Shown one piece after another: positions 38,751 to 50,238 of a stretch of DNA of 64,000 nucleotides. Every line of letters starts with the position of its first letter. Within the stretch, counting starts at the first letter, position 1. The stretch lies in assembly GCF_006345805.1 (NCBI RefSeq), contig NC_042999.1:29326001-29390000 (forward strand), in the 5' to 3' direction. Below the pieces are notes generated by a model. It was not told where the DNA came from. It worked only from the letters and a program-made list of their open reading frames with translations, and made no database searches. The translations under genes were made by a program, and so were the position numbers. This DNA comes from Octopus sinensis (taxonomy: Eukaryota).

Positions 38751-41700
38751 TGTATGCTGCTGCATGCGAGAAAACAAAAAAGGCAACCTTATAAAACCAC
38801 TGCTTGTGAGAGAGAAGTAACTTTTTTATGTATCATTTCTGAATGAGAGAGATATTATAAAATGGTAAGTGCTATAAGCAAACGATGACAAGAAAGCTAG
38901 TATATATTTGGTATTGGTTGCATTACAGCAAATTCTAGTTAAGCTGAAACAAGATAGGCAACTTGGTAAACACCTCATTATGAAATAATCAAATCTATAT
39001 TGTACTGTCAAGTCAGTTTCTTGCAACTATCACTCACAAAAATGGTCATTTTAAGCGTTCCAAAATTAGAGGTGGTACATGTCCCATTCAATCCAGTAAT
39101 TTAGCCCGGAAATACACGTATATAGCAAATACAATCTTCATAAACCACTACTTTTTCACTGAGTGCGATGATAAAACAGGAAAGTTATTTGGATTTCTGT
39201 TTTATTCTGTAACTTAGAGATATTTTTTGTCCTCTCGTGCAACGTTTTGGCATTCAGAGCTAATTATTGTGATTCTTTCACACTTATAAAAGCCTTTTAT
39301 GCGATACAAAGCATCATAAATTGTGAGGATTGGTGTCTGGCCGAGACTTTGAATTTATCGTGATAAATGTAAAGCGAGAAATTGGCTTGAACCAGTAAAT
39401 GAATATAATTACGGAAAGTTAAATTTGTTTTGTGAACCTGGGGCAGAAAAATACTTTGCAGTATTTTTATATCTCTCACTTCAAAGAAAGATTCATCTGG
39501 TTAATGAGATCAATATTTAATTAAAACGACTGCTTTACAATAATAACAGGAAATTTTTATTCGGTTGTTTGAAGCAGGGAAACTTTTGGACATACCATGC
39601 TGAAATTTCTTACAGGCTTGATAGCAAGGCGGTGATAAGAATAAATAGTAATTTTACACAATGGATATATTATTTAGCTGGTGAATACACATCTTAATTA
39701 TTGTTCAGAAGCACCACCGAAAGTAATCATTCAATAACTGAACCTGTTATATGCTGATTGTATATGGTTCCTATAAAATTCGCATCCATTATACTCTATA
39801 GAGTGCATAAAAGATAGGTTCCAATTTTGACGTTTAAGTTTCTATTTACCAGCATATATCTGTGTTAGAGAGTGTCGCCACAGAAAAAAGAAAATATTTT
39901 CTTTACTGGAGAGTAAATATTTGATTTCTTGTTGATTTGTTTGGAAGAGGGGAAACACGCAAACCTATAGTATTCAACACCCTGCCAAGATCGTTTGTTT
40001 ACAATATTTTCGTCTAGACGAACACCGAAACAATGGATGCGAATTAAAGCTGGCTGTTGTAGTATAAACATGTTGTATGGTAACCGAGATGTTGAATGTC
40101 TTAGAGGAAATTGGCTAGATTAATAGTGAGTATGAGACAGCAGAGTTATGAAAACTTGAGTGGATGTGGCATGATTCCAATAAATTTTAAGAAGCGGAAT
40201 CTAGATTCGTAGCACTGGAAACCAAAGAAGAAACAACCGAATTTTTGTGCTGACGTGATGACACTCACTAATATTACTAGAATGAATTCACATTTTTGGG
40301 ACACTTTCTATGGTGTGTAATCAGGTATCAACAGTACCATTCCAGATATGGGAGCAGGGGACCATATTGTGTCAAATACTCGGGTCAATATATGTGTCAG
40401 ATATAAATTTACACAAAGTGTCATTATGTTAGAACCATCTACACAGACGGATAATGATACAAATATGTTGTATTCTATAGCATCCCCTTAATCCTCTACA
40501 AACCCGTTGTTTAACTCGGTCTTCATTGATTTAATACATATAAGATCAAAATCAATTCTGCCGTACACAATGTCTTTTTTATGGCTCAGAATACAGGTTT
40601 AAAACAGTAGAATAAGACTTAAGTACGATTTACTAAAATGTCAAGCAATGATAGTGAGAACAAAGATGGGACTGTCGTATCCTCGTAAACTGACGCTTGG
40701 GATGGTAGAGTTATATAAAATTAAACTATTTAAGATATATAAATATATATATATATATAGAACTTTAGCAATTAAGGACAACTACTTAATAAGGAAAACT
40801 TAACAAGAAATTGTCAGGTAGATAGCGTGAAAACCTCATAATAATGCCATCTGGCATGGATGTATAATGCCCTCTATATATAAATATATATATAGAACGA
40901 TATTTAGTTTAATGGAATGGAATAAAATATAACAAAAAAATGATAAAAGCATTACACGGTATTAAAAGTGTTTTTAATTGTTAATTCTTCATGGGCATTT
41001 AAAATCTTATCCTCAGCCGAAACGTTTAGACATTAATCTCATCCCCGTCCGCTAAAATCAATTTTACGAACTTAAATCATTGTCTGCTAAAATCGTTTCC
41101 TTTACTTACAATATTAGTCGATTTGTCATGCAATGTTATAGATATGGCGACGACACGGGGTTATGATGCTAAGTACATCGGCAGAAGACTTTGAAAATAT
41201 CAACAAAAGTAAATTTCTTCTGAATATCCTGTATCGCACAAAAAATAAAACTATACGAAAATTACAGGCATATCTAGGCACTAACAGCAAACATACTTAC
41301 AGACGTACATTCATAAATACATATAGCACACTCGTATCAAGAGATGGCAGGCCAAGGTAATGTCTAGAATTATTACTGGCTATATTGAGCTCTAAAATAA
41401 TTCGAAAAATGTCGGTATGCACAAATTCATCTACAATGAAGGGTCAAATTTATTGCACATTTGCAAAGTAAGTCACGCACACGTACACACATAAACATAG
41501 ATTCTTTTATGGATTGATAATACTAAGAATGAGTGCATGTGGATAGAATTTCCACAATGCTCAAGCCGTTATGTTGGATGAGGATATCTACGAAAAAGCA
41601 CGTGCCATCCAAATGGATACATATGTAATGGTAGGTAACTTATACAAAAGGTTTACATATGAGAAATCACACTAAATTTTTGCAAGAATTTGCCTTCACT

Positions 41701-41958
41701 CATGCGATAGCTTTCAAGTATATCTATATTTATCGTTATTCGTAACTAGTATGCGTCGGGCTAAAGTTCTGGCATGTGAATCTAACTAATTTGGAGGTTT
41801 TATTGCTTTTGAATGCAATTTCGTGCTTGGAGACATAATTTGTTAAAATATATGTAATTTATTAACCTCTCCCTTTCCCTCTCTCAGAAACACCTCCACA
41901 TGCATACATACATACATACATACATATACATACAGACATACATACATATATACATACA

Positions 41959-42008
<50 letters not shown>

Positions 42009-42759
42009 ATATATATACATCATGCCTATGCACATACAGACACACATATTTGGAGAATGGTCTGTTCATAGAGTTACCAAGGATTCGCATTCATAATTCG
42101 TTTAGCTTTACACCCAACACACAAGACCCAAATAGCCGGGGGAAGGGTGTGTAAAGCTAAACAATTTATGCACGGGAAAGATGTGTATCCGGCCATAACT
42201 ACCCTTCTCTAAATACTCCAGTGTTCCATAACATAGACATCGGTCTCTGCTTTACCCATGATTGCAGCTCCATTAACGAGACGATCTCTGTAAATAGGTT
42301 TCCCAACGCACGTAAGATCCCAGTGATACAAACAGTAATATTAAATCATAATGATTTCTTTATTGACCACAATATGTTGATATTTAGAAAACCGTTATGA
42401 GCAGTGCAGGACAAAATAATGTGTGTGTGTGTTTGTGTGGGAGTATGTAGTGTGAGAGATTTGCGTCTAAGATATCATTATTATTACTATTATTATTATT
42501 GTGGTTGTTGTTGTTTTCGGTAACCTTATTTTGAACCATTCTTTCACTGCACTACACAGCGCTGATCTGTGGGCCTTGGATATGTGCTGTGGTTTGTTGA
42601 GGTACTCTTACTTTAACTTTGCTGAACGTATTTTACGAAGGATATGTGCGGTGCACACTAGAGCTATGTTCTTTTTCCTATATATAATTGTTAGACCTGG
42701 TGATACATCTGCTCTTTTTCTATTGTAATTGTTTCTATCTTTAGCTTATTATTATAACT

Positions 42760-43286
42760 GAGTGAGAATGAATCGCAAGTCCTCAAAAGGACATTGAAAC
42801 ACAAATATACGAAGCCCAGTATACCTATCATGACTACTCATCTCATAAGAGTATATTACAACCATATGAGCACGACATAGTGATATCATATGAAGATTAA
42901 CAGCACATGACCATGCAGGTGGCGCCCAGTTAGAATTTTCTTCAAGTAACCTCTCTCGCTTAAATTGCCCTTGTATGATGTTTCTTTTAAAGATGATTAA
43001 CAAAACTCCAATCTTTCCAAAGGTGAATTATCCAACCCACCAAAAAAATTCCCCTCAAAATATGGCTTTGATAATTCCCCACTACATCTGCTAGTGATCA
43101 GAGATTCACATATCGTCAGCCACTAAGGGGCATGCTCAACTGGTTTAAGGTCAAAAACTGACAAGCAAATCTTTGGTACTGAGCAGAATATTTCCTGTAG
43201 ACAAAATATTGTGTACGTGATAACGCTTCAAATCAGTTAAGATCAAAAGGCATGAGAGCCACAGCCTGGTACTGCATCAAGGCATC
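42760..43286 (-). mobile_element. Non-coding (AAT)n-associated element, copy 2 (longest 5' end, most diverged)
   Basis: Reverse-complement homology to 13419-13955. It starts AAT-AA-GATGCCTTGATGCAGTACCAGG on the minus strand. Confidence 0.8.
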
Positions 43287-43359
43287 TTATTATTATCATC
43301 ATCATCATCATCATCATCAACATTATTACTATTATTATTACTATTATTATTATTATTAC

Positions 43360-43401
<42 letters not shown>

Positions 43402-43413
43402 CATTATTACTAC

Positions 43414-43449
<36 letters not shown>

Positions 43450-43452
43450 TAT

Positions 43453-43484
<32 letters not shown>

Positions 43485-43511
43485 ACACTACTACTGCTGC
43501 TACTACTGCTG

Positions 43512-43544
<33 letters not shown>

Positions 43545-43555
43545 TTATTATTATC

Positions 43556-43595
<40 letters not shown>

Positions 43596-43629
43596 TTATT
43601 ATATTATTATTATTATTATTATTATTATT
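43287..43629. repeat. Compound (ATC)/(ATT)/(ACT)/(GCT) array
   Basis: Seen directly. Confidence 0.95.
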
Positions 43630-44090
43630 GAGTGCTAGAGCAGTTCATGCCATCAAAGTGACACGGGTAAAATATACGAAGCCCAATATACCCATCATGA
43701 CTACCCGTCTGATAAAGGTACACCAGGCACATGCATCACGACCATATGTGCGCGACATGGTGATCTCATATCAAGATAAACAGCACGTGACCTTGCAGGT
43801 GGGGACCAGTTAGAATTTTCTTCAGGTTGAGTAGCCCATCCCGCTCAAACGGTCCCTGAATAAGGGTTGTTTAAGGATGTTGAAAGAACCACCCATGTTT
43901 CCAGAATGAACTATTCAAACCCCAAAGAATCCCTCTCAACACATGGCTATGATGCTCCCCCACTACTTCTGCTCGTGATCAGAGATGCACGTATCGTCAG
44001 CCACTAAGGGACATGCTCAACTGGTTAAGGTCAAACAACTGACAAGCAAATCTGTGGTATTGAGCAGAATATTTGCTGTAGCCCATCTTT
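43630..44090 (-). mobile_element. Non-coding (AAT)n-associated element, copy 3 (5'-truncated)
   Basis: Homologous to copy 1. It has the same 3' end (CACTC-AATAAT on minus), and its 5' end is cut and abuts (ATT)n at 44091-44176. Confidence 0.9.
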
Positions 44091-44101
44091 TATTATTATT
44101 A

Positions 44102-44176
<75 letters not shown>

Positions 44177-44655
44177 CATTTACTTTTAATATGCATGTTG
44201 TTTACAATCGCTTTCCCAAATACACCCATCTACTGAGGGATAAAACATTTCCTGTATGACTGCAACCTTGGGGAGTGTGTGCAGCAGGCACAGTAGCGAA
44301 ATACCTCATGTAATAAAACACAGACATTTAAATTGATAGTTTTTTTTTCTAAGGATGTGGACAGTACTTCTTAGCACAGTATTTTGGACGTGGATCTCTC
44401 GGGATATCTAGATGTTTTTGACATTTCTTTCTTATCATACCTAGGGCACCTACAATGACAGGAAACGTTCTCGCTTTCAGATGCCACATCTTTGTATTTT
44501 AATATACCAGTACTTATCTTTACATAATTTGTCAAATTCATTTACAGATACATATTTAGAAATGGGGACACTTAGATCAATTAGTCTACCAGTTTTTTCT
44601 TCCCTTTCATTAATGGCTGTCTGGTCGATTAGGTTGGAATGTTCTGTCGTTCTTG
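44177..44655 (-). mobile_element. 3' end of an R4/Dong-like LINE with an AAT tail
   Basis: Minus strand ARTFPVIVGALGMIRKKCQKHL, then a 3' UTR, then (AAT)n. Confidence 0.75.
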
Positions 44656-44789
44656 ACAATTATTTTTGTTGTTGTTGTTGCTCCTGCTACTGCTGTTGTT
44701 GTTATCCTCCTCCACCACATCATTATCATCATCACTATTTTGTTATTAGAAGTTTATTATTAATATTATTACCATGACGTAGTTTTATT

Positions 44790-47700
44790 TTTATCACGTG
44801 TTTTCAGTGCAATATCGAGCGCAGCCCTGCGTGCCTTGGGTATGTACGTTTAGTTTAGCCCAGTATCTCACGTGAAGGGGGTTTTCTTGCTATATTTTGC
44901 TCATGATCCCTTGTCGTTCCAGTTTTAGTTTTGATTTCAGTTGTTTTACAGCTGCTCTTGCTTCTTCCTTTTCTCCATAGTTGTTAGGTAGTATAACTTC
45001 TGTTTTGTATTTGTCAGCTTCCTTAAAAATTGAAGCAGTTTTTATTTTGTTTTGTTCCTGTTTTCTGGCTATTTGTATTACTTTACCTTTTTTTCTGAAG
45101 TAGCTGTTTATGTAGTACTATGGTGGTTATTTTATGATAGATTTCTTTCTATATAATGCTTCTATCACATTCTTTACGTTGTATGTATCACATTTCTGTC
45201 GGATTTTGTGTGGTACATCCTAAACCCTGACATTCTTTTTCCTGTTTTCCTCTTTATTTTGATTACTTCCTTTAGTGTCCAGTTACGTATATTGTAGCTG
45301 TAAATTGTAACTGGGATGGCTAGTGTGTTGATTCATATTATTTGTTTTTTCTCATTGAAATCTCTATTTAGTATTAATTCAACTAGTTTAGAGTATTCCG
45401 ATGTTATTTTCTCTTTCTTTTGTGTGTGTTGTATCGTAACTATTTTATTGATTACACACTACTTGTATGTGTGGCCTTGTTCTAAATCTCTTATTTCATT
45501 TCCTTTATCTAGTGATGTTGCTAATCTTAAGTAGATGCGCTCTTTTCAAGGTTACTTTGACACATTTTCTAGACCAAATTTCACGTTTATTTCTATGGTA
45601 AATCCATGTAATGTCTAGTAAAATGTTTTTGGCTGTTTATCATTTGTAGCGTACAGTTTTAGGTCATCCATATATAAGAGGTGGCTGATTGTTTTGCCGA
45701 AACAAATTTATATGAATCCAGTTCTGTTCAGCGTATCAAATAAAGGTGTCAGTGCCAAGCAGAAAAGGATTGGAGAGAATGTATCTCCTTCGAATATCTC
45801 TCTGCTATTGAGGGTGGCTTTGGGTTTTTTTATGAGTCCCTCTGGAGCTGTAGCACTGTCTGCTTTTATTAATGGATCTGTTATATATTCTAAGATTATT
45901 GGTGTTACCTTGTTCATGACTAGTGCTTCTAGAACCCATGTGTGAGGAATACTTTCAAAATCATTTCGGTAATCGATCCAGACCATACTTAGACCGTTAT
46001 TGTTTCTTTGGCTCTCTTTAGTTATGGCTTTATTTATCATTTGTTGATCGTTACAGTTGTATGAACCCTTGCAGCATCCCTTCTGCTCTTCTATAAACAG
46101 GTTGTTTTCTTTCATATGCTTGATCATTTTCACCGATATTATTGTAGTAAAAGCTTGATAAATATTTTAGAGAGAAGTTATTGGTCAGTAATTCTGTGGG
46201 TTTGCTGTTTCAGTGGATTTGGGAATTAGAAAAGCTTTCCTTTCCGTGAGCCATATCACAGTAGGCGCATTAGGTATGTTACAAATATATTCAGACACAT
46301 GCATAACAAAAACACCAGGATGAACAAATATACATAACATACAGGTACTGTTGGTAGGTTATTAAATTTTTCAGTCAGCTTCTTATGTGTTCCTCTTAAG
46401 GATCATATTGCGTACGGGTACCTTTCAGTTACTTTGTTTTTGTACTGTCTGGGTGATCTAATTCATTTGTTATAAGGGTCCAGAGTTTTTCAGGTACTGA
46501 AAATACTTTAGCGTATCTGTCAGTGCCAAGTGTCGTGGTTTTGATAGATCTTTTTACATGTTTCTCCTTCGCCGACCATATTTCTTACAAGAAGTCTTAC
46601 ACTTTTTCTGCTGCTGGTGCTGCATTACGTCTATATTATTTATTCCAAGTTCTTGGTAGAACATTTCGGGGTTGGAGTTGAAGTGCTTGTTTTGTTCAAA
46701 GGCAGATTGCCGTCTCTCATACCGGCGGATTCTTTGTCCTTTGGCGAGGACATCTTGCTTTATCCGTTCTTTTATCTCAAGTATAACATTTTTCTTTAAT
46801 GTTTTATTCCCGTAGTATTTTTGTTCTCTTCTTGTTGCTTAGTAGTATTGATTGTCTAATAGTTTCGTTGAGTTTTAACAGATTTCTCTCTTATTTTTTT
46901 CTGGATATTATTTATAAACAGGGTTTGTTTGGATGGTGGAACTCTTGTTTTGATGGGTTTGAGTTATTATCCAGCTTGATTTCCTCGCGACAGTGGCAGC
47001 TCTATATATTATATCAGTTATCCTTGTTATATTGACATATTTTCCCGTGGCTATTCTGTGACGCTCAGGTTCCTTCTATTTATTATTAATGTTGTTATAG
47101 CATCAATTTCAGTTTGGGGGAGGTGCAATCGGCGGTCCATACTGTGCTCTATGTCATTCAGTTCATTAATTATGCTCATTATTATTATATCATAATTATT
47201 AGGTTCACCTTCTCTTTTGTTTACAGGTTTCAGATTTGTTTCGTATTTCCTACCATTTATATTTTCGTCTATGGTGTTCTGGACTGTTGCATTTTCTTCA
47301 TGATTAGGTATTCCTACGGTCTCAGTTTGCTGTCATATGTAGTATACTTCGCTTTTGTTGGAAATGTTACGTTTCTGTCCGCGTTTAGCAGTTCCAATGC
47401 TTATGAAAATATTTTGCATTATTGTGTAGTCACAATCTACATATTTCTGATATATATTTTCCCTTTTAAGTGTCCTATTTCTTTTTCTGATACTTCTTTT
47501 TTTGCTTTCCGAATATATCTTCATATGGTAGCTAGTTTATTAGGGTTCATTGCTGTGTCCAAGTCTTTATCTAGGTGATTCTTCTTCCAGATAGTATATA
47601 TATATATATGTTGTTGTGGTTTCGTTCTTTGGGTAGAGCACTGCAGCAAAATAAGCGTGTAGGACTGAATTATATTCTCCATCTGCCCATTTATGCTTTT

Positions 47701-47810
47701 TTGATTCTAGTTGTGAGATTTGAAAAACAACAGCCTTTCCTATATTTTGACGGTATTCAATTTCGCAGGGTACCGGCTCGTTCATTTCTAGTGTTAAATT
47801 GTTTTGCACA
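44790..47810 (-). mobile_element. Degenerate R4/Dong-like LINE covering the N-terminus through RT
   Basis: N-terminal HKWADGEYNSVLHAYFAA and WKKN...MNPNKLATI*RYI, then KQDVLAKGQRIRRYERRQ..QNKHF and WLTERKAFLIPK. ORF 45708-46133 has EEQKGC..WIDY..IPHTW..FEGDTFSP, followed by HLLYMDDLKL and FGLEKC. Same family as the 57.7 kb copy. Confidence 0.9.
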
Positions 47811-47852
47811 TGTAGTTTTTCGTAGTATTCCGGTTATAATTTCAGTGTAATA

Positions 47853-48060
47853 TATTCTTTTATTCTTTTATTTGTTTCAGTCATTTGACTGTGGCCATGC
47901 TGGAGCACCGCCTTTAGTCGAGCAAATCCACCCCAGGACTTATTCTTTGTAAGCCTAGTACTTATTCTATCGGTCTCTTTTGCCAAACCGCTAAGTTACG
48001 GGGACGTAAACACACCAGCATCGGTTGTCAAGCGATGTTGGGGGGACAAACACAGACACA
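47853..48060 (-). mobile_element. 3' half of SINE family B, running into (TA)n
   Basis: Reverse complement of the 38560-38750 segment. The head is not visible beyond the TA array. Confidence 0.85.
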
Positions 48061-48061
48061 C

Positions 48062-48063
48062 AA

Positions 48064-48102
<39 letters not shown>

Positions 48103-48130
48103 TTATATATATGTATATATATATACATAT

Positions 48131-48166
<36 letters not shown>

Positions 48167-48225
48167 ATATAATGTATATATATATTATATATATTATATA
48201 TAATATATATATATATGTATATATA

Positions 48226-48321
<96 letters not shown>

Positions 48322-48345
48322 TTATACATGTGTGTGTGTGTGTAT
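48062..48345. repeat. (TA)n microsatellite
   Basis: Seen directly. Confidence 0.95.
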
Positions 48346-49743
48346 AAAGAGAGAGTGAGAGCGAGAGATCGAAGCATATTTTCCGATGATTTAATTTTAC
48401 ACGGATTGAGCATACACCTTTTCCCCGCGCGCACATACATTATTCAGGGTCTCACAAATATATATCCGCAAAGGTTCAAGCACCCGTTGTGTTCTTGAAA
48501 TGATATACACCTTTACCATGTTCAGTACAAAATCTAAGTGACTCGAACCCTGCCAACGTATCCGTTATTACTTGTGAATTTTACATTTTTCATGTCATCT
48601 AATGACATATTCCAATGCAAAATATTGTGTTACCGCCTGTTTCACATTGCAACACGAAATTGGGGACATCACCAAGCATAAAACCTGCCGTTATGAACAA
48701 AACAAACAAAAATCTTTATTTAAATGTGTCAATATTTGTTTTCGTGTCTATTAGTGTGTGTGGTTGAGTATGTGTGTGTTTGTTTGTGTGTGTGTGTGTG
48801 TGTGTGTGTGAGCGTGTGTATGTCTGTATGTGTATTCGAATGACTCAAATATTTCCCAAGCTTCGTATAAAGAAATTTAACTTTCAACAGTTAATGAATA
48901 TTATTTTTCTTCCCTCGCAATCGAGAAAGTTGTTCGAATGAATACATATATCTATGTATGTGTGTATTTCTGCATGTAAATCGTCTGTGTATGGATGCTT
49001 GTGTATATGTGTCCATTAATGCGTCATTTGTTCTCTGAAATTAAACGTAATTTGTATAAATTAACAAAACATTGAAACGCAAAGTAAAGAAAAATCAAAC
49101 TTTGTCATCCAAAACGGCACAAAGTTGATTTCCTGTGGATAATTTTAATGACGCATCTATAATTACTTAAAAATGCGCCGTGTTAGGTATTTAGAATTAA
49201 ATATTATGTGATATATTTGGCTTTTAGACTAATTCAATGATTCTGTTGATGAACGCTCGTATGTTTCAAATCGTTAACGAATGCATTCACATTTATAAAC
49301 AATATATCCTAATGATTTCTTTAATTTAATAATATAGCTGCTAATTTAATTATGTCGTTGGCAGAATTCTCTCTTGATCATGAATCATGAAAAATTTGTA
49401 AAAAAAAACTAGGAAAAGAAATGTTTCTTTTTCCTTTATTTCTGTTGAGGAATTCGATATTGTAAATGTTCTTTTGAATGTTTACATAAATAATTCTACA
49501 GCAATTTAATGCTGAGAGCATTGCTATAAGACACTATATCAATAGAAAATCAAGAACCAGCATACATATATTTTTTTGTGGTTCCAGCCTTCCATCTGTA
49601 TAAAGTTAAGTACTTGATTTATAGTGCAATACTGGGTAAACTTGCAACTAAAAAAATTATTTGTAGCCGCTGAAAGGAACAATTCTAGTTGTTCTAACAT
49701 TATATATATACACACACACACACCTAATCACCAACCAAACCCC

Positions 49744-49752
49744 ATATATATA

Positions 49753-49800
<48 letters not shown>

Positions 49801-49906
49801 TATATATAAACAGCTCATAAGTTGTTTATAAATTTATCCTTTAAAGGTATTTTTTAATATGCTGGTCATTCATTCGCAAATTTAATCCTATATTATATAT
49901 ATATAA

Positions 49907-49981
<75 letters not shown>

Positions 49982-50000
49982 ATATATGTACATATATATA
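49744..50000. repeat. (TA)n tracts (with a ~70 bp unique interruption) at the PLE 3' end
   Basis: Seen directly. Confidence 0.9.
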
Positions 50001-50100
50001 TAACGGGAAGCTTTATGAAAATAAACAAAAGACGAAGGCAGGTGGAAAACAAACGAACAATTGTATTAGTATGGCGCTCAGGAAATATAAATAAAACAAG

Positions 50101-50138
50101 TCTTTAACGTTTCGAGCCTACGCTCTTCAACAGAAAGA
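50101..50138 (-). ncRNA. Minimal type I hammerhead motif with a variant CUGUUGA core (downstream pLTR)
   Basis: Minus strand reads TCTTT-CTGTTGA-A-GAGC-GTAG-GCTC-GAAAC-GTT-AAAGA: 5 bp stem I, 4 bp stem II and a palindromic AACGTT stem III. Confidence 0.7.
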
Positions 50139-50238
50139 TACACAGAGAGAAAAAAAACACAGAAAGAAGGAGAGAAAAAAATGCGTGCAGTAGCTAACGA
50201 ATCAACATGGCGATCTGATTTTGGCCAGAGGTCAAAGA

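Noticed and set aside
40985-41030. GCCGAAACGTT, the 3' half of a PLE-type HHR
   Set aside because: No CTGANGA core upstream.
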